This document shows positions 38,451 through 49,700 of a DNA stretch of 64,000 nucleotides, piece after piece (within the stretch, counting starts at the first letter, position 1; the number at the start of each line of letters is the position of its first letter). Source of the DNA: Ostreococcus lucimarinus. Its lineage: Eukaryota. Below the pieces are notes generated by a model, which saw only the letters and a program-made list of their open reading frames with translations, ran no database searches and was not told the DNA's origin. The stretch is from the NCBI GenBank assembly GCA_000092065.1, contig CP000586.1; one strand, 5' to 3'. Position numbers and translations under genes: made by a program.

Positions 38451-38702
38451 TGAACAGTCGTTGTAGTGTATCAGTTCCGCTTCAGAGCCGCTGGAGCGGC
38501 GCCGCCTCGCAGACGGTGAAAAATACAGCCACCGACTCTAGGGATGTTGGCATTGGCGCTCTCGCGTACTTGCTCGCGCCGGAGATGACGGCTTCGCTCG
38601 CCGCCAATTTTGCGCCGACGTAAGGGAGAAGTTTGCTTGGTGTAGTGTTGCTTATTACGGACTAAGATGATATACCAGCACTTGTAGTGGAGAGTTCAGT
38701 TT

Positions 38703-39686
38703 TCATGTAACTTTTTTCCACGCCGACGTGTCAACGTGGGCGGAAACGACGAAGAATATGAAAAGGCCGATCGCGACGGGTGAAAGAGTCGGCAGCGCGC
38801 GGCACACTAACCGACGCACGCCGTGCGTATCTTTCGCACATTCGTACTTGTACCACACCAACGCGCACGCACAGAAGATTATTAAAAAGTATCTCATGTA
38901 TCGTGCCTTTTGGGCCCACGTCATCTTGCGGAAGCCGTACCTATCGAACGGCGCGACGTGATGCCACACCTCGTACGTGCAATTTTTTCGCCGAAACCGC
39001 ATCGAAATACGCTTCATCTCTCCATCATCGCCATCTTGCACCGGAAGCTCGGTGGCGCGACTCGCCACCGCGAAGTCTTTCTCGTCGCTCACGACGTGCC
39101 AAAACGAACCAAATTTCCGCGTCAATTCTTCTCTGATCGCCGACGCGCGTTCGTCGTGATCGTCATCGGCGGTGTCCGCATCGCTGAGAACTTTCAGCAC
39201 GGTATTCACGATCGCTCGTGGAATCCCATCGACGTCGCTCGTCACCGTCGCCGTCGCCGAACCTTTTCTTCGTTTCGCCGTCTCCGTCGCTTCGTCGTGT
39301 TCGTCCCGCATCGCTTGAAACGCCAACTGTTGCGTTCCATCCACCCCACTCCCGAGGCTCAGCGAATCGAACACCAACACGCGAAACTCCGGCGCTTCCT
39401 TCCCTCCCGCGCTTCCGCGCCTCCCTCGCGCGCGCGCCGTCGCGTAGGCCAACGATTTCTTCGCGAATCTCAAATTCACGTTAAAATCCCCCCTCCCCAC
39501 CACGACGTGCGTCGCCGCGTCGTCGATTCCTCGCGCGATCGCTTCCGCGATGCGTTTCATCCCTCCCGCGTCGCCCGCGACCGCGCGCGCGTCGCCCTCG
39601 CGCTCGAACGCCTCGCGCACCGCGCGCAGGATTTCAAGCCTTCGCCGCGGCGCGCAGTCGCATCGCCGCAGCGCGACGTCCGCCAT
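38703..39686 (-). CDS. Membrane-anchored protein with two dynein-light-chain (LC8)-like segments (tentative)
   Basis: The 5' part of track ORF 38703..40460 is the antisense mirror of the NOT2 gene. The plausible start is ATG 39686 (MADVALRRCD...). Two LC8-like stretches are present: MKRIAEAIARGIDDAATHVVVGRGDFNVNL, and ASAIREELTRKFGSFWHVVSDEKDFAVAS (compare [25 protein letters not shown]). Two C-terminal hydrophobic helices follow (YFLIIFCACALVWYKY, LSPVAIGLFIFFVVSAHV). Confidence 0.45.
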   Translation of the reverse strand: MADVALRRCDCAPRRRLEILRAVREAFEREGDARAVAGDAGGMKRIAEAIARGIDDAATHVVVGRGDFNVNLRFAKKSLAYATARARGRRGSAGGKEAPEFRVLVFDSLSLGSGVDGTQQLAFQAMRDEHDEATETAKRRKGSATATVTSDVDGIPRAIVNTVLKVLSDADTADDDHDERASAIREELTRKFGSFWHVVSDEKDFAVASRATELPVQDGDDGEMKRISMRFRRKNCTYEVWHHVAPFDRYGFRKMTWAQKARYMRYFLIIFCACALVWYKYECAKDTHGVRRLVCRALPTLSPVAIGLFIFFVVSAHVDTSAWKKVT

Positions 39687-40009
39687 CGCGGTCGAGTTCG
39701 CGTCGGTCGACGTCGACGTCGACGTCGCGCGTCGCCTCGCGCGCGCGCGCGCTCGCTCTCGCGTCGCGCGGTGCGGGCTCGCGCGGAATCGACGGACGGT
39801 TCGCGAACCGTGAAAGAGTCGTCCGTCGAGCGCGACGCGCGCCGCACACGGCGACGCATCGCGACGACGGCGCGCGCGACCGACGCGGCGACGACGATCG
39901 ACGCGCGGCGACGACGCGCGCGGCGACGACGCGCGACGCGACGCGACGCGCGTGAACGACGCGAAGGGAAGGAATCGACGACGGCGATCTCGCGGCGAGA
40001 ATTCATTCG

Positions 40010-40041
<32 letters not shown>

Positions 40042-40137
40042 ACGTGAGGCGCGCGCGCGACGGCTCGGGTGGTTTGAACGGCGGTGAAAGCGGCGTCGGA
40101 CGGGGCGTCGGGAGGCCGTCGCGTCGGACGGGCGGCG

Positions 40138-41718
40138 ATGCAGAGCAACGGATACGGGCCGCAGGGCACCGCGCCGCCGCCGGGACCGTACGGGCAGCAA
40201 GGAGGGCTGCCGGGGATGCCGTATAACGCGGTTCCGCGTCCGGGAGGACAGTTTGCGCAGCAACGTCCGATGCAGAACCCGCCGGGGATGCAAGGGGCGC
40301 CGGCGATGCCGCGCGGAGTGATGGGCGGGGCGGCGCGACAAGGTTCGCTGCCGCTGCCGTACGGGGGGGTTCCGGGAACGCAGCAGCAGCCGGGCATGAT
40401 GGGAACGTCCGGAGCGGGAGGACAAGGCTCGATGGCGCAGGGTGGTATGAGCGGCGTCATGGGCGGCGTGCAGCGAGGGGTTATGCTAGACCGCAGCGCG
40501 AGCCAACCCGTGCAAGGGCAAGGGGTTCCGCAGATTCAGCGCGCCGCGAGTGGGTTGCCGATGCCGAGCGCGGGCATGAGCGCGCCCAGAGCGGGAGGTG
40601 TGATGGGCTCTGGGCCGCTGCCGCGAGCGTATCCCACGATTGGGTCGCAAGGAGACGTGAACGGAATGCCGAAGATGCAAGGCGTGGGAGGATTGGACAT
40701 GGATCCGTCGGGTGGTATGATGGGCGGATTAGGCGGTTTTGGGCGAGATCAGAAAGCGCCCGGGTTTGATGATTCCGAGTTCCCGACGTTGGGCGGTGGC
40801 GGTATGCCGCAGCGAGGGCCGTCTTTCGGAAACGGGTACGGAGGCATGCCGGGCGAAGGGTACGAGGGCGTGTACGACTTTTCAAAGCCTCAGCAGGACT
40901 TTAGCATGGAGAAGGAAGATTTCCCCGCCCTCGGTGGAAAAGGGCAAGGAAATATGGGTGGACTCGTTCCTCCGCCGGGGCTGGATGCGTCGGAGGGATC
41001 GAGTCCGTCGTATCCGCCTTTGGCTCGTCAAAGTTCGAGCGGCGTGGGTTTCGGCGCGCAAGCGCCGGGACGTCAAGCGGGTGCGCCGGGTGGAATTCAC
41101 TTCGATGGCGGAGCACCGCCGCCGCCGGGTAAGCCCGGCACGGCGGTACCGGCTAGAACGAGTGGTGGGACTTCGCAGAAGGACCGATACGGCTTGCTCG
41201 GCTTGTTGCCGGTGATTCGAATGGCGAATCCAAACGTGTCCACGCTCGCCTTGGGTGCTGACTTGACCATGCTTGGTTTGAACCTCAACTCTCCGGACAG
41301 CTTGTATAAGTCCTTCTCGTTGCCCTGGAACGATTCGGCGCCAAAGAACGACATGGAACTCACTATTCCATCCGCGTATTCGCAGCAAGTGAGTCGTTGC
41401 CATCCGGCGGTGTTCGCGAAGTTCCAGCAGGAGACGCTCTTTTACATCTTCTACAGCATGCCCGGAGAAGAGTCTCAATTATTCGCCGCGGACGAGTTGG
41501 TACAGCGCGGATGGGGGTTCCACAAAGAACTCAAGGCTTGGTTGATGCGCGTGGCGAACACCGAACCGGCGAATCAAAACGAGCAGGGCGAGCGCGGCTC
41601 TTTCTGGGTGTTCGATCCCATGACGTGGGAGCGAGTGAGGAAAGACAATTTCACGCTGCAGTACGATCAGTTGGAGACGCGCCCGACGGTTCCCTTGGCC
41701 GAAAGGAGCTTGCGTTGA
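40138..41718 (+). CDS. NOT2: CCR4-NOT complex subunit 2 (NOT2/3/5 C-terminal domain)
   Basis: The track start at 40084 is a GTG. The first ATG is at 40138 (MQSNGYGPQG...). The N-terminal part is Gly/Pro/Met/Gln-rich and low-complexity. The NOT box follows: DRYGLLGLLPVIRM, LGADLTMLGLNLNS, FAKFQQETLFYIFYSMPGEESQLFAADELVQRGWGFHKELKAWL, ERGSFWVFDPMTWERV. Confidence 0.9.
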   Translation: MQSNGYGPQGTAPPPGPYGQQGGLPGMPYNAVPRPGGQFAQQRPMQNPPGMQGAPAMPRGVMGGAARQGSLPLPYGGVPGTQQQPGMMGTSGAGGQGSMAQGGMSGVMGGVQRGVMLDRSASQPVQGQGVPQIQRAASGLPMPSAGMSAPRAGGVMGSGPLPRAYPTIGSQGDVNGMPKMQGVGGLDMDPSGGMMGGLGGFGRDQKAPGFDDSEFPTLGGGGMPQRGPSFGNGYGGMPGEGYEGVYDFSKPQQDFSMEKEDFPALGGKGQGNMGGLVPPPGLDASEGSSPSYPPLARQSSSGVGFGAQAPGRQAGAPGGIHFDGGAPPPPGKPGTAVPARTSGGTSQKDRYGLLGLLPVIRMANPNVSTLALGADLTMLGLNLNSPDSLYKSFSLPWNDSAPKNDMELTIPSAYSQQVSRCHPAVFAKFQQETLFYIFYSMPGEESQLFAADELVQRGWGFHKELKAWLMRVANTEPANQNEQGERGSFWVFDPMTWERVRKDNFTLQYDQLETRPTVPLAERSLR

Positions 41719-41828
41719 GGCGCTTAGGCGTTGTCGTTTAGGTAAAAAAGCCTTAAAAGTTTCATAAAAAAATCACAAAATCTTAAAACCTTCGCGTTGC
41801 GCGCGCGCTTAATCGTACACGTTTTGAT

Positions 41829-43031
41829 CTACATCGTGAAATTTGACACAGGAATGATGATTTCGTTTCGCCTGAGGAACGGGTTCGTGAATGGATCGTT
41901 GTACTGCGCCAACGCGGCGGCGCCGCTCGCCTCCAAACCGTCGTTCTCGATCAATTTTCGCAACTGCTTCTCCACGTCACGAGCCGCCTCCTCGGTCGCG
42001 ACGCCAGAAAATTTCTTAGCGACAAAAATACCGCCACTTTCTTCCCGCAACACTACGTTTTCATTCGTGCTCGCTGGGAGCGCGTCCACGGAGTCGCCGC
42101 TCACGACAAATTGCATCGTGGCGTTCTTCGTAAACACAGGCGTCGTCATCTCCATTTTCGTCCCACTCGCGTTGGCTTGGCCGAAGATGTAACCCGCCAA
42201 AGAATTAAAAGCTTGGCCCGCGACTTGACCGTTCATTTTTGCGCTGCTCGACGACACTTCCTTGACGTTCAGACCCGGACCCGTGGCGGCGACCAAGTAC
42301 GGCTCGTATCGTCGCACTTCGTAATCGCGCCTCTTCTTCAGCACCACGTACCCTGGGGTGTCCAAATCCGGCGTCTGCGCGAAATCAAAAATCTGTTTCA
42401 GCACCTCCACCACGCCCTCCGCACTGAGATGCCTCTGATTCTCAATCGAATCCCACGTGTCCACGTGGCGCGTCACCTTCTTAGTCTCCTCGTCGATCCC
42501 CATGATGGACGTTCCCGTAAAAGTCAGCGTCGGTCTCCAAGCGAAAGGAAACGTCGGCAATCCCATCACCATCGTCCATCGCGTCGTGATCTCCCAAGGT
42601 CCGCTCTGATATATTTCATGCATCGCGTACGTCGGCGAGAACACCCGTCGCAGCATCTGAATGTTAAACGCGTACCCGTCGAACGAGTCGTACTTCGTCA
42701 GCGGGTCCTCGAACGACACGTCTTTCGCGTACAGCGACGGATCGATCCCCTCGTCGTCGAACAGGTGCGTCAGATCCTCCGCCAGCGCCTTTCGCATCCG
42801 CGCGGACTCTTCTTCATCCATTCCCTTCGCCGTCGATGACGTCGTCGTCGTCGCGCGCGTCGCCGTCGTCGTCCGGCGTCGCGCGTCGCGCGTCGTCGGT
42901 CGCGTCGTCCGTCGCGTCATCGCGCGCGTCGGTCGCGTCGTCATCGCGCGCATCGTCGTCGTCCGTCGTCCGTCGTCTGTCGTCGTCCGTCGCCATCCGC
43001 CATCCGCCGTCGATCCACGATTTTGCCTCAT
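41829..43031 (-). CDS. SOUL heme-binding-family protein with N-terminal DUF2358/NTF2-like domain and Thr/Arg-rich presequence
   Basis: ATG at 43031, 400 aa. The leader is low-complexity (T/R/D-rich). The DUF2358-like part has LFDDEGIDPSLYAKDVSFEDPLTKYDSFDGYAFNIQMLRRVF...TTRWTM. The SOUL part has PGYVVLKKRRDYEVRRYEPYLVAAT, FNSLAGYIFG, MEMTTPV, FVAKKFSG, YNDPFTNPFLRRNEI. Confidence 0.8.
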   Translation of the reverse strand: MRQNRGSTADGGWRRTTTDDGRRTTTMRAMTTRPTRAMTRRTTRPTTRDARRRTTTATRATTTTSSTAKGMDEEESARMRKALAEDLTHLFDDEGIDPSLYAKDVSFEDPLTKYDSFDGYAFNIQMLRRVFSPTYAMHEIYQSGPWEITTRWTMVMGLPTFPFAWRPTLTFTGTSIMGIDEETKKVTRHVDTWDSIENQRHLSAEGVVEVLKQIFDFAQTPDLDTPGYVVLKKRRDYEVRRYEPYLVAATGPGLNVKEVSSSSAKMNGQVAGQAFNSLAGYIFGQANASGTKMEMTTPVFTKNATMQFVVSGDSVDALPASTNENVVLREESGGIFVAKKFSGVATEEAARDVEKQLRKLIENDGLEASGAAALAQYNDPFTNPFLRRNEIIIPVSNFTM

Positions 43032-43143
43032 TTTCGTCGATTTGGCGAGTCATGACTCGTCCCGAGTACCGTCGTCCGCCATCCGTCGCGCGCGGTGCCG
43101 AGTTCGTCGCGATCCGGGCACGCGCGCACATCGCGACGCCGCG

Positions 43144-43162
43144 ATGGTGCGGTCGCGCGCGC

Positions 43163-43193
<31 letters not shown>

Positions 43194-46100
43194 ACGCGAC
43201 GACGTCGACGCGCGCGCGCGGGTCGCGGACGGACGACGAGGGACGGACGCGCGCGAACGCGCGGACGACGGGCGCGGGTCACGGTTTCCGAGAGACGCGC
43301 GCGCGGCGACGCGCGCGGACGCGACGCGCGGGACGCGCGAGACGGCGCGGACGTCGACGCGAGAGGACGATGGAGACGACGCGCGAGTAGACGATGGGGA
43401 CGACGGCGACGCGGGACGCGCGCGGAGGGACGCGCGACGGCGAACGGTGATGCGGGCGAAGACGCGCGCGCGATTCGACGACGACGAGAGAGGCGAGGAG
43501 ACGTTGGCGGATTTCGCGTTCGGACGGGACGTCGCGACGCGAGAATGCGTTCCGGATTTTGTGAAGCGTCCGGTAGACGCGTGGGGACGCGCGCGCGGGA
43601 GAGGTGGACTCGACGCGGCGATGTATAGATTGTCGAACGCGATGGACGACGGCCGATTCGATCCGTCGAGTTTGCGAATTGAAGACGGCGATTTTTCAAA
43701 GATTAACGGTGAGTTTGCGAAGCAGTTTTGGAGAATTAAGATGCAGTTGATGGATTGCGTCGTGATGGTAAAGCACGGATCGTTCTATAACATGTTTGAT
43801 GTGGACGCCGACGCCGGGAAGGCGGTTGGACTTCAGCAGACGGGGACGAATTCAGGATTCATGCGCAAGGTTGGCTGTCGGGCGGAGTCGTTCGATACGT
43901 GGGCGGCTCGTTTACTCGCTCGTGGGTACACGGTTGCCCGGGTGGAACAGATGAGCGAAGCGGCGAGAGAGACCTCGGTGATGAAGCGGGAGTGTTGCGA
44001 AATATTGACTCCCTCGCTCGATCGCGGGCTGACGAACAACGAGCGCGCGAATTTCTTCATCACCATCGCGGGAAGCTCCGTGAAATCTTTGCACTCGTGC
44101 GACTATTTGGGTGTGTGCGCGGTTGACGCAGATTCTGGCACCGCCGCGTTGGGTGTCGTGACGCCTCAAGATCTGCACACCGTCTTGGTGCAATACGAGC
44201 CACGAGAGGTCGTGATTAGTGAACAGCTTTCTGACGACGCGAGAAAGATGCTCGTGTCGTACGTGCGTGAAGGCGGTGACGCGACAGACTGCGTTTTACG
44301 CGTTATAGAACGTGGCAAAGTGAAAAACCCGTCGATCGAGCGCTCGAACATTCTGAATTGGTTCAAATATCACACCGACGAGCCCGTTTCAAATATTCTT
44401 CAGGAAGCCACTGAGGCAGAGTTACGAGCCGTCGGCTTTGCGATGCGTCATCTCGCTTGGTGTGGTGTGTTGCAAGACGTCTTTTCTCGAACAAAGTTTA
44501 TGTCCATAGTGTCTGTTGAGCCAAGACGAACGAATGCTGAAGAAAACCAGTCGGCTTTTGCGCTCTCGCGCGAGCTCACGCACGTCATGCGACTCGATGG
44601 CGACGCGATCAAGAACTTGCACTTGCTCTATGGCGACACTGGGAAGACTACGGGTTCGCTCTACGAGTTTCTTAATCACACGTTTACCGCTCCCGGTCGT
44701 CGACGGCTGCGACAATGGCTTCTCCGTCCGCTACAAGATGTGCGCGCCATCGACGCTCGCCTGGACGTCGTGCGAGAGTTCTCCAACAATCACGTCTTGC
44801 TACAAACTTTCCGTGACAGACTCAAGCACTTCAAGTGGGACCACGAGCGACTTTTCGCAAAGTCGTGTCGATTGGCTATCAAGTGTACGAAAGTGTACAA
44901 TATCGTTCGATTCAATCAAACGTCGCCGTTGACGCAAGAAGACGAGATGGGTCTCAGAGAACTCGCGCCGAAAGGCGCGACGAAGCTCGAAGAGATTCTT
45001 ATCGACGCTGTGAATATGATTAGCTTTTGGGAAATGCACAAAAGCGCACTTGTTACATTTGTGGACTTGGTTCGCGCGTTGATCGAGATACGCGACGTGG
45101 TTTCCACCTTGAGTGAAATTGCAGAGCGTAACGTCTCCGTTGCGAGCTTACATCGCGACGTCGAAGACGCGATATCGTTTCTTCGTGAGTTGCGTTCGTG
45201 TCTAGAAGATAGACGGAAAGAAAACACGAAAAACAAAGAAAGATACATCGTTCCAAGCGCACTTGTGTTTCGTGACTACGGTGAGTTTGCGGCGGCGGCG
45301 GAGCGAGAGAGAGCGCAAGATCCAATAGTTCGAAAACACGCGCAGCGCCAACGGCGAGAACTGCTGAGAAACATTTACATTCCACTCAGCGATGATGACG
45401 AGCGAGACGATGAAGAGCAAGACGCGGCCGACCGCGCTGACTTAGCGGCGGCTAACGCATTTACTGAAGTGATGCATGCCTTTTACGAAGAAATCCCTCG
45501 TTTTGAACGAGTGGTGAGCGCCATGGCAGATTTAGACGTTTTACAAAGTTTTGCCACGTCTTGTGCGTCTTCAAGAGGTGCTGTTGGTTTCACTCGACCA
45601 CGTTTTACTACTGACACATCCTCGAGTACTTTAGAGCTCGTCTGCAGTTGGCACCCTCTACTCAAGCCGAGTATGGTGGACGACGCCAAGAGAATCACGC
45701 ATAACAGTGGCATCGTCGATAATGATGTATCGATGAAGACGCCCTTCGTGCTTCTTACTGGTCCTAATATGTCGGGAAAATCTTCCATACTACGCCAAGT
45801 TGCTATTATTGTCATCATGGCGCAAATTGGTTGCTACGTTCCCGCGGCATCTTGCGAAATCAGCGTGGCCGACGCTGTGATGACCCGACTTGGCGGCGAC
45901 GACAATTTCGCCAACGGCGTAAGCACATTTTTGAACGAAATGAAAAGTACGGCGAAAATCATGAACGACGTAACTTCGTCTACACTGGTCATACTTGATG
46001 AACTGGGCAGAGGTACGTCTACCTTGGATGGCTACTCGATCGCATTCGCGACGAGCCTTGAATTATGCTCTTGTGCTCAAGCTCCTCGCGTGTTGTTCGC

Positions 46101-46554
46101 CACGCACTACCACGAGTTGGACAAAGATTTGGCGAGACAAGAGATTGCGCGAGGTAAGTTTGTCACAAAGCACATAGACGTATCCAGTACTCGCTCAGGC
46201 GCGCTTAAGATGACGTATAAGCTCAAGAATGGTCCAGCACCTCTCGGATCGTGCGCGTTGAATGTCGCACGCCTCGCTGGCTTTCCTCCTGGAATTCTCA
46301 CCCGCGCTTCGCACGTCTCGCAAACCGTCACCTTCAAAGGGCGAGTTAAGGATAGCGGCTTCTCAAGATCCTCGTATGTACCGCCAAAGGCGTTACTAAG
46401 TAATGAAGAACATCTCATGCTTTCAGCGCTCCTGGGCGATCCCGCTCTGACCGGTGACGCCGATAGGCTCGGCGACGGCGTTGAGTGGTGCCGACGCTTC
46501 CATGCCCTGTGGCGGAAGTGCAACGATTTATCGAACCGCGCGAACGAGCCGTGA
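43144..46554 (+). CDS. MSH6: MutS homologue, MSH6/MSH7-type DNA mismatch repair protein
   Basis: The 5' part of track ORF 42661..46554 is antisense to the SOUL gene. The start is ATG 43144 (MVRSRARDDDDD...). MutS domain I has KQFWRIKMQLMDCVVMVKHGSFYNMFDVDADAG...VGCRAESFDTWAARLLARGYTVARVEQ. The ATPase has LLTGPNMSGKSSILRQVAIIVIMAQIGCYVPA, STFLNEM, LVILDELGRGTSTLDGYSIA, and LFATHYHEL. Assignment to the MSH6 rather than the MSH7 subtype is not certain. Confidence 0.85.
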
Positions 46555-46702
46555 GGAAAGTTTGCGATATGTTGTCTCGCTGCCATTGTCGCGCACATTC
46601 ATGAACCACACTGTTGAGAAACATGTAACAAAAACTTTAATCGCATCGCATAACATGGCACTACACACGGTATATACTGGCACGCAAACTTCAAGATGTT
46701 CG

Positions 46703-49700
46703 TTAAATTTGAGGCAAAGCGATGTCGGCGATGTCATCACTGGAGACAAAGCGGATGTTGGCCCAATCACCGGCAGCAGCGGTAGACTTCGTGCGCTCAA
46801 GCGCGGCGATACCCGCATCACCGTCTTCGAGCACGGACGGAGTGGATGCGTTGACATCGAGGCGCTGGCGAGAAATCATAATGATATCACCGATTTGCCA
46901 GTCGCCGGGAGATGGAGCTGGCGTGGAGACGTCTTCTACCCAATAACCGAGACCTAAGACGTCAAGACTGGTGGAATCTTGCACGATCTGCTTAGGATTG
47001 ATTGGTTTTGGTTTCTCCGGTGAGGATTCCTCGGTGTAGACGGGTTTGTAAACAATCATCGTCGTCGCCGTGGCATCGGACTCTGCGTTGGACACCGGCG
47101 TCTCAAGCCGTTTTGGCGCCGAAAGGCAGCAGGAGAGAAAACCCGTCGGGTTTCTGTACGGGGTTTTCTGCACGGGAGCGTGCGACGCCATCGGCATCAC
47201 AGCTTGCGTCGTCGCCGGCGGCATCGGCATCACTGCCGCCGCAACTGGTGAAGGCTTGTCGGCGGGCACGGGTTCCGAAGGTTTTTGTGTGTGAGAGGCG
47301 ACGTAAGTTTCTAGAACGGTTTCATCCGGTTTGTCCGCGAGCATCACTTTGCCCTTCTTGCCGTTTCGCAAGTTTAAAACTTCGTAAGTGCCGGCCCAGT
47401 TCGACCCGTCGCACTTCCCACAGTTTAGCGCACGTACGGCGTCTTTATCGAAACGGAAAATCGAGCCATCGGACGGATAACCGTGTCGCCGAATGTCGAG
47501 AACATTGATGGCGGTGGACGTGCCGAGAATATTGGCGTGAATACCGCCGCCAGAGCGCGCCGTCGAGTTCGCGAGCTTGTGCAAGTCCGTTGATTCCCAT
47601 CGCACACGCACGGCGGACACATCATCCATGATCGACTTGAACGCCCGTCCCCAGCGAACGTTTTCTGTACTGAGCTCTATTTTATGCCACTTTCCATCCG
47701 AACGCAGCGCTTTCGCCGTGAACGGAAGAGCTTCGAACGACGCATCCGTGTGAACGCCGTAAATTCGTGTCCCCACGCTCGCGGCTTCAATCTGAAATTC
47801 AATCTCCAGTTCTTTCCACCACGGACCGACAAGACCGCATTGACCATACCGAATTAAATGCCCGGGTAAGTTCCAACCAGTTTCCGTCTGGCACACGTAG
47901 TTGTCCATCGACAGCGTGAATGTGTACGGCGGAGGTTGGTTGTCATGCGAATACGCCAACAACTCGATGCGATCGCCCGGCTTCCAATCCCCTTCGTGGG
48001 CGTAATCGCAAGGATTCGCGCAACCGACGCCGATGCCCGACTCGTGCTGAAACACTATGACGCTCCCACGTCGTTCGCCCGCGCTCGTGTCGTTGGGGAT
48101 CGCGAATGAGGCGCCATCGCCGCCTTTTATGACGCCCGTCTTCCAGCCTTCGTAACTCGCATCGCCCCAATCTTCAATGCCCGTGATGGCAGAGAGCTGC
48201 GAGCTCTTGAAGCGAAACCACTTCCCTTTAGGCTCTGGCTCTGTTTTGCCGGGCATGACACCGCCGGGGTAATCGATGCTCACGACATCAAGGTGTGGAT
48301 CGACGAGCTTTCTTCGTTGTCGAGGGAACACAAACGCATCGGGCTTCAGCTTTACGACTTTCTTCTCACCCGACGCCGTTTTGTACGTCCGCTCTTTCGG
48401 GGGCGGTGGTTTTTTGTGAGGATTGTACACGTAAAACTCGTCACGCTCCTGCGCGTTTGGCCCACTGATGGATTTGTCGCCCCATTTTGATGCGTCATCA
48501 ACGCACTCTTCGCCGCGGTTGCCTTCGTCCTTGGTTGGCCACTTGTTAGACCCCCAACCAACCCCGAGCAAGTCAGGATCACCCTCGAGTAAGCCGACGT
48601 GAACACCGCCGCCGTACTTTTCACTGTAGCACGGCACCCCGGGGGCGCCTTTGTCAGGCACACGAACATTAAACTTAAAGTGAGTGATAGGTTCGTACTT
48701 TCTGTCGCGATGCAGCATGAGAGCTCCGAAATGTTGCTTGTTTTTATCATCCGTGCACAGTCCACTTCGAAAAGAAGGTTGACCTTCACCTTGACTGTTA
48801 ATGCCCTCGTTGTCGCGGCAGTTGTATGTCTGACAACAACCACCCGCTTGCAGGAGCGTTCGATTATCGATGAAGACGCCGATTGGAGTGTACGGACGCC
48901 CGTTGATCAACTCGGGGTCTGATCCGGTGGGATGCTTCAGCTTGATCTCGAACATGAGCCACATCGTACGCTTGCCTCCTCGGTAATTTTGCTCTTTCGG
49001 GTAAATTCCACTTTGGCCAGGGAATATTCGCTCGATTGGCTCGTCGTTGACGCCGCCCGTCATGAAGTGGGCGTCGTCGTCTTTGGAGTAGTCTTCAACA
49101 AACTTGATCGAATCGAATTTGCTCGGATCCATGAATCGCACACCCTTCGGCAAGCCACGGTACGCGATGAGTTCGATGGGCTCGCCGACGAGCCAGTCGC
49201 CCGGCTGCGCGCTCTCGACGGGGTGATAACAGCCCACGCCCATGCCGTTTGGACCGCCAAAAACGACGATCGCCGAACGCTTTTCTTGTCGATACACACA
49301 GAAAGTCGCGCCTTTCCCCGATTTGACGCTAAAATTTTCTGTTTTGTACGCCTTCAGATCCTTATTCGCCCACTCGTGTCCGATGACGCGCGTGAGCTCA
49401 TCCATGTCGAAGCGAAAGAATCTCCCATCCGCCGGCTTGGATTTGTCCGGATACTCCAACGACGTGACGTGTACGTACTTCCGATCGGGAACTTCATCAG
49501 GAAACACGACAACATCACCCTCATCAACTTTTGAAAGCCCTTGGTCGACCGTCGATCCGTTCGGTTTCACGTCTGGAATCGTCCCGAGCGCCGGCGCCCT
49601 CCCGTCCCCCGCGAGTCCAAAGCTCAACGTTTTCGACAACTGCCTGAGCATCGACGGTTGCTTTTTAAACACGTGCACGTTATGTTCCACCACCACCACC

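Noticed and set aside
38451-38702. A 252-bp tail-to-tail spacer with fragments reminiscent of U2/U5 snRNA (GGTGTAGTG, GGACTAAGAT, CTTATTACGG) and an Sm-like AATTTTG
   Set aside because: The order and spacing of the motifs do not match U2 or U5, whose 5' regions and loop 1 are nearly invariant. No C/D or H/ACA box arrangement is seen either. It may still merit a covariance-model scan.
39687-40460. The N-terminal part of track ORF 38703..40460
   Set aside because: Its upstream part (about 40140-40460) is the Pro/Gly/Cys-rich mirror image of the Gly/Pro/Met-rich NOT2 N-terminus on the other strand. The rest (39687 to about 40140) is Arg-rich intergenic read-through. The real minus-strand gene is taken from ATG 39686.
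42661-43143. The N-terminal part of track ORF 42661..46554
   Set aside because: It is antisense to the SOUL-family gene and low-complexity. The MutS gene is taken from ATG 43144.
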